DNA from: an uncultured beta proteobacterium
GTDB taxonomy: Bacteria > Pseudomonadota > Gammaproteobacteria > Burkholderiales > Burkholderiaceae_F
Assembly: GCA_963829995.1 (NCBI GenBank)
Contig: CAWHKW010000031.1
Coordinates: 238,358-302,357 of the forward strand
DNA length: 64,000 nt
Reading direction: 5' to 3'
Part shown: one piece after another, positions 31,145-40,817 of the stretch
Numbering within the stretch: position 1 is the first letter of the stretch
Layout: every line of letters begins with the position of its first letter
The notes under the pieces: model-generated
Seen by the model: the letters and a program-made list of their open reading frames with translations, nothing else
Told to the model about the DNA's origin: nothing
The model's database searches: none
Program-made: the position numbers and the translations under genes

Positions 31145-31433
31145 GGAAGGGCTTGCTTCACAACCGGGAAGGCCTCGGCGCCCGATCGTGAATTGCACTT
31201 CGGTGCGATGAGCGAGACGGCCGCACCGCCCGCTCGGCCTGCGCTCCGGCAGCGCATCACTTCGAAACGGTTCCCGTTGATTGGCACGTCGCTCACCGAG
31301 CTTGCTCGCGCATCGCTCGGCAATGCGCCGTGGCGTCGGCGCGTCCGACTTCCTCGTGATGCAAAACCGCAGCCCGCCGTTCGGCCGGGAGGCCCACTCC
31401 CATTTTTATCAATCGTTCTTTAGGAGAAAAACC

Positions 31434-32567
31434 ATGTTCCGCAAGTTCCTGATCAAGAAGGACGAACGCGGACTGCTGTTTCGCAAGGGTGACTTCGTCA
31501 CTGTGCTGCACGCGGGAGAGCACCGTTACTTCGATCCGTTTATGCGTCTGACTGTCGAAAAGTATCCGCTCGCGAAGACCGCGTTCGACCATCGTCTGGC
31601 CGACTACCTGCGTCATGCAGAGCCGGCGCTGATTGAACGCGAGTTCCATGTTGTCGAAGTGGGTCCGACCGAAGTCGGGCTGCGCTACGAAAACCGTCTG
31701 CTCGTCGAAGTCATTGCGCCGAATACGCACCGCCTGTACTGGAAGGGCTACATCGACGTACGCGTAGCGCGCATCGACATCAGCGAAAACTTCGTGCTGC
31801 CGCATAGCCTGACGCTGCAGCTCGGAACCGCAACCGGCCGCGCGAAGGTGATCGGCGCCGAGCACGTGCTCGCGGTCCAGGTGCCGCAGCATCACGTCGG
31901 CCTGCTGTTCGTCGACGGCAAGGTGCATCAGATGCTGCAGCCGGGTCTGCACGCGTTCTGGAAGTTCAACCGCGATCTGCGCGTTGAGCTGGTTGATCTG
32001 CGCATGCTGCCGCTCGAAGTCGCTGGCCAGGAAATCCTGACCAAGGACAAGGTGGCGCTGCGCATCAATTTGAACGCCGGCGTGCGCTTCATCGACGTGC
32101 TGGCCGCGTTCGCGCAGCAGGCCAAGCCGCTCGACTACCTGTACCGCGAGCTGCAGTTCGGGCTGCGTGCGGCTGTTGGCACACGCACGCTCGACGAGCT
32201 GCTCGAAGACAAGGGGTCAATCGACCGCACTGTTGCCGAGCACATCGGTGCACGCGCGCGTGCTGCCGGAATGGAAGTCGCAAGCGTCGGGGTGAAGGAC
32301 ATCATCCTGCCGGGCGAGATGAAGACCATCCTCGCTCGCGTGGTGGAAGCCGAAAAGGCTGCGCAGGCCAACGTGATTCGTCGTCGTGAAGAAACGGCGG
32401 CGACGCGCAGCCTGCTCAACACCGCGAAGGTGATGGAAGACAACCCGATTGCGCTGCGAATGAAGGAGCTGGAAACGCTGGAAAAGGTCACCGAGAAGAT
32501 CGACAAGATCAGTGTCTACGGTGGACTCGACAGCGTGCTGAAGGATCTGGTGAAGATCCGCGCGTAG
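31434..32567 (+). CDS. SPFH/band-7 (slipin/stomatin-like) domain protein
   Basis: RBS and MFRKFLIKKDERGLLF… with SPFH core and a coiled-coil tail. The last 74 nt of the gene are duplicated at 33824-33897. Confidence 0.75.
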   Translation: MFRKFLIKKDERGLLFRKGDFVTVLHAGEHRYFDPFMRLTVEKYPLAKTAFDHRLADYLRHAEPALIEREFHVVEVGPTEVGLRYENRLLVEVIAPNTHRLYWKGYIDVRVARIDISENFVLPHSLTLQLGTATGRAKVIGAEHVLAVQVPQHHVGLLFVDGKVHQMLQPGLHAFWKFNRDLRVELVDLRMLPLEVAGQEILTKDKVALRINLNAGVRFIDVLAAFAQQAKPLDYLYRELQFGLRAAVGTRTLDELLEDKGSIDRTVAEHIGARARAAGMEVASVGVKDIILPGEMKTILARVVEAEKAAQANVIRRREETAATRSLLNTAKVMEDNPIALRMKELETLEKVTEKIDKISVYGGLDSVLKDLVKIRA

Positions 32568-33897
32568 TTAGAAGGTCTCGCACGCTCCTCGCTGCTGCAT
32601 GGTGGCGAGGAGCAGCTGCGAGGGTGGTGTCATTTCGGAGGCAGTGGCTTGATAAACCCGCCCTTTCCCATCAGGTCGCCAAAGCCCGGATTCGGTGGAG
32701 GCGCAGGTTTCACCGCGGGCGATGGCCCTGTAGCCTGTTGTTTGTCGCGGTGATGGCTCCATAGGCCGAATTCATAGTCGCCTGAGCAACCCTGACTTCT
32801 TCCGCCATGAATTTGTTACCAGTCTCCGTTACCCTAAACCGAACGATCCCGCCAGTGACAGTGCTGAAGCTGTGGGATAAGAGGAACTGCCTCACAGTCT
32901 CCCTGAACGCTTTCGTCCTTGCGGTCGGCGGGTTGGCCCATGACTCCTTCTTCACAACGGTTGGAGGTACGCAGACGTCCAGGATGTACTGGCCGGAAAT
33001 GCGAGGCTTCGGGGCATCGGGACCGCGCATGAGGTCCTTCAGGACTGCATGGAGATGCATTTTGTCCCCGGGGCCTTGCGTGACCGGAGTGGATGAGGAC
33101 TGCCAGCCGGCGACCGGGATCGCCCGGTCGTTTGGGCCAAGTGCCACCGTGAACCTCTTCGGTGGGCCGTACTGCTTGCTATATGAATTGGGATACAAAC
33201 CCTGCGTCGGTTCCCAGACGATCGATGCAGGAATCAGAACGCCCTTCGGACATTTGTGCTGCGGGTCTTTCCCGTTCACTCGGTACTTGTAGTTCTCCCC
33301 TCCTACGCACAGATGAAAGCGGGACGTCGCAACGCCGCTGGGCGGGCGAATCTTGACCGCGCCCGTGACGCCGGTTGAGTCGGTAAACACAAAAGCCAGA
33401 TGCAGCGGGAAGCTTTGGAAACTGAACAGATTGTTCGGCGCATAGAACTGCGAAAAAACGAGCTTGCACTTTCCAGGTTCAACCCGGTGCCAGTACTCGA
33501 TCATCCAAAACTCGTCGGTGAAGCCGAAGTCCTTATAGGCGACCGCCACAAGCACCTTGATCTGGCCTTGGTTGCAGACTTCCGCGTGATAAAGCTCATT
33601 CGGTTGTCCGGCGTAGTCATATTGTGGGGCGGCCCACAGGCGCGCAGCGGGCAGTAGAAGCAACGTGGTCAGCAGCGCGATCCGGATAGGGCTCACTTGG
33701 CCTCCCTGTCTCTCCGGGCAACGCCTGAACCACTTCGAACCTGACCCGGCTAACTAAACAGAATGCGCTTGGCAGCCGCAGCGTGTCAATGCAGGTTGGA
33801 TTCGGGCCAAGCGCAGCATACCCAGAAGATCGACAAGATCAGCGTGTACGGTGGACTCGACAGCGTGCTGAAGGATCTGGTGAAGATCCGCACGTGA
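32494..33897. mobile_element. Cassette-like insertion at the 3' end of the SPFH gene: a 1256-bp lower-GC segment (32568-33823) bracketed by imperfect 74-bp direct repeats of the SPFH gene 3' end
   Basis: Direct repeats at 32494-32567 and 33824-33897 differ at ~5 of 74 positions. The second copy is followed by the presumed original terminator. Insert GC ~52% versus ~64% flanks. No integrase or transposase inside. Confidence 0.45.
32710..33696 (-). CDS. Secreted hypothetical protein carried on the insertion
   Basis: Signal peptide MSPIRIALLTTLLLLPAARLWAAP. Cysteine-containing, no recognisable domain, lower GC. Confidence 0.5.
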   Translation of the reverse strand: MSPIRIALLTTLLLLPAARLWAAPQYDYAGQPNELYHAEVCNQGQIKVLVAVAYKDFGFTDEFWMIEYWHRVEPGKCKLVFSQFYAPNNLFSFQSFPLHLAFVFTDSTGVTGAVKIRPPSGVATSRFHLCVGGENYKYRVNGKDPQHKCPKGVLIPASIVWEPTQGLYPNSYSKQYGPPKRFTVALGPNDRAIPVAGWQSSSTPVTQGPGDKMHLHAVLKDLMRGPDAPKPRISGQYILDVCVPPTVVKKESWANPPTARTKAFRETVRQFLLSHSFSTVTGGIVRFRVTETGNKFMAEEVRVAQATMNSAYGAITATNNRLQGHRPR

Positions 33898-33898
33898 A

Positions 33899-33936
33899 GA
33901 AACCCGCTTCTCAATGAGAAGCGGGTTCTTCTTGAA
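33899..33936 (+). terminator. Rho-independent terminator (original SPFH-gene terminator)
   Basis: 12-bp stem AACCCGCTTCTC/GAGAAGCGGGTT with loop AAT, then CTTCTT. Confidence 0.5.
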
Positions 33937-34797
33937 ACAAACTTCCGATACGAAGCGGCTTGGCCAGTGACATGCAACCGCGTAAGTCACACATCGGCTG
34001 GCGCGTAGCAGCGCCGCTCACTTCTTCTCTCCCGCTGCAACTACCACCTTGCGGTCTTTCCAGCTCGCGTCGTCGTGAGAAGCGCCAGCGTGCTCCGCAT
34101 TGCTGAAGCTGCTCGCGTACTCGACGAATTCGGCCAAAAAGCTGAACCGGAAAACCACTAACGTGGCGATTACTACAACGGCGTAAAGGAAGTCCCCTGT
34201 CTTACTACATCGATCCCAGTGCCTCATGACGATCTCCATTGGGTTAAGACTGCACAAACAAAAAAGCCCGGAGGCGTTCACGCGATCCGGGCTTCCGTTG
34301 GCAGCAGGGTCCAACTACATCTCTGGACCTCCACTAGAACCCATCGTCAGCACGGACACACTAGACAGCGTCGCCCCGGCGCAAGACGTGACGATGCCGA
34401 CTGCCGACACCGCGCGCCCGACGCCCACCGCCGCGAAGTTCATTCGCGACGAGGTTGGTTGGCTACTGCCCAGGTTGAACATCTCAAGACCTCCACAAAC
34501 CGGCGTTATCGCCGGGGAACGAAATATAAGAAGCGTAGGTGATACAGGTCAATGAAATTCGCGCGTGAATTTTCGTAGTGTTGCGCGTTTGCAGCGCGAA
34601 TACTCCAGATGAAAGTTCCCCAAGGCTAGGCCGAGCCACTGCAGCGAGGCAAGCGGTCGCGGAGTCGGTAGGCCGGCCGTGATCGAAAGCTAAAGGCGCC
34701 TACGTGATTCTTGCGCTCCAATCTGTCGGTATCGCGACATCAAGCAGCTTTTGCGCAATACTTGCGCGAGCAGGAGAACCGTCGGAGGGGAGTCAAT

Positions 34798-35247
34798 ATG
34801 AAAAGAGCAATTCTGATCGTCGCGGCGCTTGGTTCACTGGTGCTCGCGGGTTGTGCGCACCGCTTTTCCATCATCGATCCGGCTCGGCCGCAGGTGTTTG
34901 TTTCGGAGGGTAGGATCGTGGTCAATCAGGAGCCGGTGATCGTGAAGCGGCCCGGCACCATCACATGGACGGTGCCCTGGGGTTCGAATGTCCGCTTTGC
35001 CGACAACGGCATTACGGTGGATGCATTCGTCAAGCCACTGCCAACGCGTGACGGAAGGCCACAGCCGCGCCCAGTCACCCGCGACACGAGTCGGGCCTCT
35101 CTGTTCAAGTGCGAACCCAACAAGGAGAGAACCGAGTTCTCCTGCAATGTGCCGCAAGAGGTCCAACCGGGCTTCTATGCCTACACGATTCGCGTGCTCG
35201 CCGACGGCAAGCCGGTCGAACTGGATCCGACGGTCATGGTCGAGTAG
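34798..35247 (+). CDS. Lipoprotein, hypothetical
   Basis: MKRAILIVAALGSLVLAGC lipobox, preceded by AGGAGG-like RBS context. Confidence 0.55.
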   Translation: MKRAILIVAALGSLVLAGCAHRFSIIDPARPQVFVSEGRIVVNQEPVIVKRPGTITWTVPWGSNVRFADNGITVDAFVKPLPTRDGRPQPRPVTRDTSRASLFKCEPNKERTEFSCNVPQEVQPGFYAYTIRVLADGKPVELDPTVMVE

Positions 35248-38014
35248 CAGCCAACCAGCGGCGCGCCCGCTGCGTTGCTTCGTCGTAGCCGACGGAGCGC
35301 CCGACGGATTCGCGCTCCAGTGCCATCGGACCGAGTGCTGCGCGCGCCCGCGCAATCGCTGCTGATAGAAAGGCCTGGTCGGCCGGATCACGGCGCAGTT
35401 CGCTGCGGTCGGCCTGCGCCTCGGCTGCTCCGAAGAACTCGGCGCCGAGGGGAAGGTCGCATTCGGCCACAGCCAGGCCTGCACAGACCTCTAGAAGACT
35501 TTGGCCCATCGCCTTTGAGCCGGTGCGGTCGACGATCGTCAGAACTTCCTCGAGCAGTCGTCTTGCCTCCGAAGGTTGATCGCGAAGCACTGCGACCATG
35601 GCTAGATTGAGCAATCCGATTGCCACGCTCTCGTCGTCGCACAGTTCACGCGCGAGAGACAGGAACTCGGTATACAGCGGGCACGCGCGATCAAGCACTC
35701 CCTGAGCCCTTAGCACCTGCGCCTGAGTGTTCATTGTTGCCGCCAGCGTGCGTTTGTTGCTGGCGGTGCGCGCAAGCGCGACGGCCTCTTCGCAACACGC
35801 AAGCGCGGAGTCGGGGTTTCCGAGCGCGAGCTCGACCATGCCGAGCAATTGCAAAACCGCCACTACGCGGGAACCATCGTTGAGCTCGCGTGCAATCGAA
35901 AGGCTCTGCTGCAGGAGTTCGTGCGCCTCGGTATAGCGACCCATGAAGTAGCAGATCTGACCCGCGTCCGCGAGCCCGCGGCAGCGCGACAGCGTTCGGC
36001 TCTGGGCATGGGGCCGAGCCAGCGCTTCGCTCGTGACTCGATATCCCAGACCGAGAAGTCCGCGGTTCAGCCAATAGAACTTCAGGGCGAACACCATGCG
36101 CAGATCGGTCTCAGCGCCGCGGTCACTTCGGTCGCACCACGCATGGGCAGCGAGGATGTTCTCGCGTTCACGGTCAAGTATGGTCATGCACGTGCCTTGC
36201 TCTGGCCCGAGCATTCTCGGTCGCAGCTGCTCGACGAACTGCGAGTAGAAATCGAGATGACGCTGGCGGGCGGCTGCGTTATCGCCAAATGCGTCGAGCT
36301 TCTCCAGCGCGTAATGCCGCACGGTGTCCAGCATCCGGTACCGCTCCCCGCTCACTTCCATCACGACCAGCGACTTTTCGACCAGCTGCGACTGCAGGTC
36401 GACGACGTCGCTGGCTTCGATCGGGCCGCCCGCACAGATCGCTTCAGCGCCCTCCAGCGTCCAGCCGCCCGCGAACACTGCGAGCCGCTGGAAAGCCGCG
36501 CGCTCGCGTTCGTCGAGCAGGTCGTAGCTCCAGTCGATCAATGCGCGCAGCGTGCGCTGGCGCGGCAACACGGTCCTGTCGCTGGTTACCAGCAGCTTGA
36601 AGCGGTCGTTCAGCCGCGCAGCGATGTTCTCGACCGACAGCGCGCGTGCACGCGCGGCCGCGAGCTCGATCGCGAGCGGGATGCCGTCCAGCTGATGGCA
36701 GATGTCGGCGACCGCTGTGGCGTTGCCGCCCGTAAGCACGAACTCCGGACGGGCCGCAGTCACGCGGTCGATGAACAGGCGTACGGCTTCGTGCTGCGGC
36801 TAGCGCCGAGAGCGACTCCTTTGCCTGCGGGTCGGGCGCGCTCAGCGTCGGCACGTGGTAGGTCGTTTCCCCAGCGACCTGCAGGTAGTCGCGACTCGAG
36901 GTCAAGCACTTTCACGCCGGACCCGGCCTGCAGTAGCTGTTTGGCCAGGTCAGCGCACGCATGAACGACGTGCTCGCAGTTGTCGAGCATGACCAGCACG
37001 CGCTAGTCGCGCACGTACTTCAGTCAGCGCTTCGATCACCGGCCGGCCGGCTTCTTCCTTGACGCCGAGCACCGAGGCCACCGCCTGCGGCACCAACCGC
37101 GCATCGGTCAGCGGCGCAAGCTCGACAAACCAGACGCCGTCGGGGAAGTCGTCGAGTACTTCGGCCGCGAGCTGCATCGACAGCCGCGACTTGCCGATGC
37201 CACCCATCCCAAGCAGCGTCACTAGCCTGTTCGACGCGAGCATGTCCCTGATCTCCGAAAGCTCGCGTTCGCGGCCGATGAACGAGTTCAGCTGTTGCGT
37301 GAGGTTGTTCGGCGTCCCTTCCAGCGATCGCAACGCGGGAAAATCGGCGCGCAGTTGCGGGTGCAGCAGTTGGAAGATGTGCTCCGGGGTCGACAGGTCG
37401 CGGAGTCGCACCGCGCCCAGGTCCCGTAGCGATGCGCCATCCGGGAGCATTCCGTTAACTTGATCAGCCACCGCCTTCGAAAGCAACATCTGGCCACCAT
37501 GGGCAGCGCACATGATCCGAGCTGCGCGATTAACCGACCGGCCATAAAAGTCGCCGTCGCGTCGCTCGTCAATTCCGGCATGCAGTCCGCAACGCAACGG
37601 TAGCGGCAAGCCGTCTGCGGTTTCTGCTGTCGATAGCTGTTGCTGGATCTCCAGAGTGGCGATCAATGCATCGAGCGGGCGGTCAAACGCGGCATGTATG
37701 CCATCGCCGGTCATCTTCACGATCGTTCCACGGTTGCGTTCGACCGCGCTCTTCGAGATCGCGTCATGCCGCGCCATTACCAGTGGCATCCGCGCGGACT
37801 CCTGCTCCCAGAGTCGGGTGCTGCCCTCGATATCTGTGAAAAGAAATGTGACTGGAGACTGTTCAGACACGTTGGTAATGTGCCGAGCCAAGGCAGAGCC
37901 GGATGTTACTGCGGAGTCGATTCGCAACGGCGCCGCGCTCTGCCGCCTGTGCGCGAGTTGGCTTACGCTAACGCGAACCGGACGATTCCATGGGTACCAG
38001 CGATTCGAAGCCAA
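35234..38014 (-). pseudogene. Adenylate/guanylate cyclase (CHD) + NB-ARC/AAA ATPase + TPR (STAND-type) protein, broken into 3 or more frames with in-frame stops around 36760-37000
   Basis: Cyclase motifs FLFTDIEGST…VKMTGDGIHAAF, P-loop GMGGIGKSRL, NB-ARC LDNCEHVV in a second frame (36760-36999), and TPR-rich C-terminal ORF 35234-36763. Confidence 0.65.
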
Positions 38015-38370
38015 TCTTGAAGTGGGCAGCTCCGGTCCTCGCTTCGCTGGACATCGAGCGGACCATCTCGTTTTATTGCTCGCGCCTCGGATTTGCCCGC
38101 GTGTACGCAGACCCGGGCGTGTGGGCCATCGTGTCGCGCGATGATGTTTACATCCACTTTTGGGCTTGTTCAGAAAAGCACATCGCCGAAAACACGAGCT
38201 GCCGCGTCTATGTCACTGGAGTTGAAGGGCTCTACAACGAGATGCAGGCGCAAGGTGTCGTTCATCGAAACGCTCCGTTGCAAGACAAGCCGTGGGGTGC
38301 GCGTGAGTTTGGCGTCCTTGATGAGGACGGCAACCTCATCACGTTCGCCGAGCGCATGGACGTCGCTTGA
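37990..38370 (+). CDS. VOC/glyoxalase-bleomycin resistance family protein
   Basis: VOC fold (…DIERTISFYCSRLGF…). 4-nt overlap with the downstream methyltransferase. Confidence 0.65.
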   Translation: MGTSDSKPILKWAAPVLASLDIERTISFYCSRLGFARVYADPGVWAIVSRDDVYIHFWACSEKHIAENTSCRVYVTGVEGLYNEMQAQGVVHRNAPLQDKPWGAREFGVLDEDGNLITFAERMDVA

Positions 38371-38996
38371 AACTCAGTCCGTCCGATCTGGAAAAGATCT
38401 CGACCCTAACGCTGGAGCACTACAACCAGCGCGCTGAGGATTTTCGCGAAGGCACGAGCGATCACGATGTCAGTCAGAACATCGCCGCCTTGTTGCGCCA
38501 TATCGAATCCGCACCTCCTTTCACGATTCTTGATTTTGGATGCGGACCCGGGCGCGATCTGAAGACGTTTGCCGCGCTTGGCCATGTTCCGATTGGACTC
38601 GAAGGCGCCGCGCGGTTCGTCGAGATGGCACGCACCGACACCGGGTGTGAAGTGTGGCAACAGGACTTCCTGCGACTCGACCTTCCGGATGCACGGTTCG
38701 ATGGTGTGTTCGCGAATGCGTCGCTGTTTCATGTGCCATCCGAGCAGCTGCCGACAGTGCTACGGCAGTTGCACGACACATTGAAGCCGGGTGGGGTGCT
38801 TTTCAGCTCAAATCCGCGCGGTGAGAATGAAGAAGGGTGGAATCGCGGCCGGTACGGTAGGTACCACGACCTCGCTGCGTGGCGCGGCTGGATGACGAAT
38901 GCCGGCTTCATCGAGCTGGAGCACTATTACCGGCCCGCGGGACTGCCGCGCGCACAGCAGCCGTGGCTGGCAAGCGTGTGGCGGCGGCCTGCGTAG
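38367..38996 (+). CDS. Class I SAM-dependent methyltransferase
   Basis: Motif I ILDFGCGPGRDL and post-I ARFDGVFANASLFHV. Confidence 0.7.
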   Translation: MKLSPSDLEKISTLTLEHYNQRAEDFREGTSDHDVSQNIAALLRHIESAPPFTILDFGCGPGRDLKTFAALGHVPIGLEGAARFVEMARTDTGCEVWQQDFLRLDLPDARFDGVFANASLFHVPSEQLPTVLRQLHDTLKPGGVLFSSNPRGENEEGWNRGRYGRYHDLAAWRGWMTNAGFIELEHYYRPAGLPRAQQPWLASVWRRPA

Positions 38997-39000
38997 TGAG

Positions 39001-39834
39001 TTAGATGTCCGTGGTCAGGACATCAGCGCTGAACGTCAGCTCCTGGCTCGAGTGCCGCTCGAAGCGGCTTAAGGTCGGAACGTAGTCCCAGCGCTCGACC
39101 GTGCAGCGGCGCGGCGACTGGGCGCCGTCGCAACGGATCAAGTTCACCGAGTTGGTAATGCCTTCGCGGATACGCGACGAAACCGCGGTGCCCGCCTGCA
39201 CCGTCCAGATGTCGCGCGGCAAAGCGCCGAACGTGGTGCGCAGCGAGCGCACGTACGGCAGGTGAATGTGCCCGCCCATGATGATGTCGCCACCGGCGGC
39301 AGCCCACGCCGGCACGGCCTGCCGATGCCCGTCGAGCAAGTTGTCTTCGTCGCTCGGGCGAATCGCCAGAACTGGTTGGTGCACGACCACGATGCGGAGC
39401 TGCGAAGCGTCAGCACTCTTCAATCGGTGGCTCACACGCTCGATCTGTTGCGGGGAAAGCTCGCCATCCTTGTGCCTGCGCGGACGCGTCGTATTGACTC
39501 CGATCACCAGCAGGTGCGCGGATTCGAACACGGGCTCCAGGTCGTCGCCGAACGCGCGCGAGTAGTTCGCGTAAGGAGCGAACGCACGCAACGCAAGATT
39601 GAACAACGGAATGTCGTGATTACCCGGAATTGCAAGGAACCCGGCAGGGTTCAACTGATCGATAAACGCACGCGCAGCGGCGAACTGGTGGCGCCGGGCG
39701 CGCTGCGTAATGTCACCGGACATCACCACCAGGTCGGGGATTTCACTTTTCGCCAATTGCATTAGTGCCTGCACCACCGGCGGTTGCTCGGTGCCGAAGT
39801 GCGCGTCTGAAATCTGCAAGAGCGTCGTCATCAA
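39001..39834 (-). CDS. Metallophosphoesterase (calcineurin-like)
   Basis: MPE motifs (QISDAHF, MSGDIT, GNHD, GGHIHLP). Confidence 0.75.
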   Translation of the reverse strand: MMTTLLQISDAHFGTEQPPVVQALMQLAKSEIPDLVVMSGDITQRARRHQFAAARAFIDQLNPAGFLAIPGNHDIPLFNLALRAFAPYANYSRAFGDDLEPVFESAHLLVIGVNTTRPRRHKDGELSPQQIERVSHRLKSADASQLRIVVVHQPVLAIRPSDEDNLLDGHRQAVPAWAAAGGDIIMGGHIHLPYVRSLRTTFGALPRDIWTVQAGTAVSSRIREGITNSVNLIRCDGAQSPRRCTVERWDYVPTLSRFERHSSQELTFSADVLTTDI

Positions 39835-40769
39835 TGTGCGGTTTCGGGAACGGCGTCGATCGGCTTCAGTAACAGCAACGGCTCGGGTGCGACGCTGAAT
39901 TCAATCGGCGTCCGCATCCATTGGATCTCTCCGTCAGTCGCTATCTTCACTCGCCGCACGTAGCGGCTCGATGGTGCAACGGTGATGCTCGAGAACGCAA
40001 AGTGCCGGACGCCGGGCTCGCGTCCCAGTCCTCCCATCGCGCCACGAGCTGCCAGCTCGAGAAGCTTTAGCGTCGGCACCGGGGACAGCACGATCGCAGC
40101 AAGCTTGCCGTCTTCGACGATCTCCGATTCAGCGAGCCCGATCTGTTCGAGCTGCAAACGGTTGTTGCCGATAAACAGGGTCAGCGTTCGCAACTCGTGC
40201 GTGCGGCCTTCATGTTGCAGCTTGATCAGCATCGGCTGGTAGTCGCGAAAAATCGTAACCAGACCGGCCCAAGCTGCCACCAATCGGCTGCGCCCGTGGC
40301 GCTGCTTCTGGTCCTCGCGGTCTTCCAGTAGTTGTGGATACAAACCGAGACTCGCATTGACCAGAAATACATTGCCATTGACGATCCCCACCTGCACCGG
40401 TTGCACGCGAGCGCTTAACAGCGCGCGAGTGGCTTCGGCCGTATCGGACGAGATGCCGTGCGTACGACCGAAGTAGTTAAACGTTCCCTGCGGAATCACG
40501 CCGAAGGGGCAATTGCTACGCAATGCGACTTGCGCCACCGTGTTCAGTGTCCCGTCGCCGCCGGCTGCGACGACGATGCCGTCGTTCTGCTTTGTTTTTG
40601 CGACGGCCTGTGTGGCAATCTGATGCAGCCGCTTTGGATCATCAACGCGCAAAATCTCGTGCGTCCGCCCCGCCGAGTTCAATATCTCCGCAATCGTGTC
40701 GGACACCGTGTCGGTGTCGCTGTGACCCGAACCGGCGTTCAGGACAATGTACAAGGGCGCGTCAGGCAT
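39831..40769 (-). CDS. Diacylglycerol-kinase catalytic-domain lipid kinase (YegS/BmrU-like)
   Basis: DAGK_cat motif VVAAGGDGTLN. 4-nt overlap with the downstream metallophosphoesterase. Confidence 0.7.
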   Translation of the reverse strand: MPDAPLYIVLNAGSGHSDTDTVSDTIAEILNSAGRTHEILRVDDPKRLHQIATQAVAKTKQNDGIVVAAGGDGTLNTVAQVALRSNCPFGVIPQGTFNYFGRTHGISSDTAEATRALLSARVQPVQVGIVNGNVFLVNASLGLYPQLLEDREDQKQRHGRSRLVAAWAGLVTIFRDYQPMLIKLQHEGRTHELRTLTLFIGNNRLQLEQIGLAESEIVEDGKLAAIVLSPVPTLKLLELAARGAMGGLGREPGVRHFAFSSITVAPSSRYVRRVKIATDGEIQWMRTPIEFSVAPEPLLLLKPIDAVPETAH

Positions 40770-40817
40770 GGTTGCCGCAAAGAAAATGGTGCGAGAGCGT
40801 AAACGAAGAGGTTATCT

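Noticed and set aside
26396-31145. Prophage call for the tRNA/RtcB islet
   Set aside because: There are no integrase, capsid, terminase or tail genes within the window, only an XRE-type regulator. Phage or ICE origin remains possible but cannot be asserted from this window alone.
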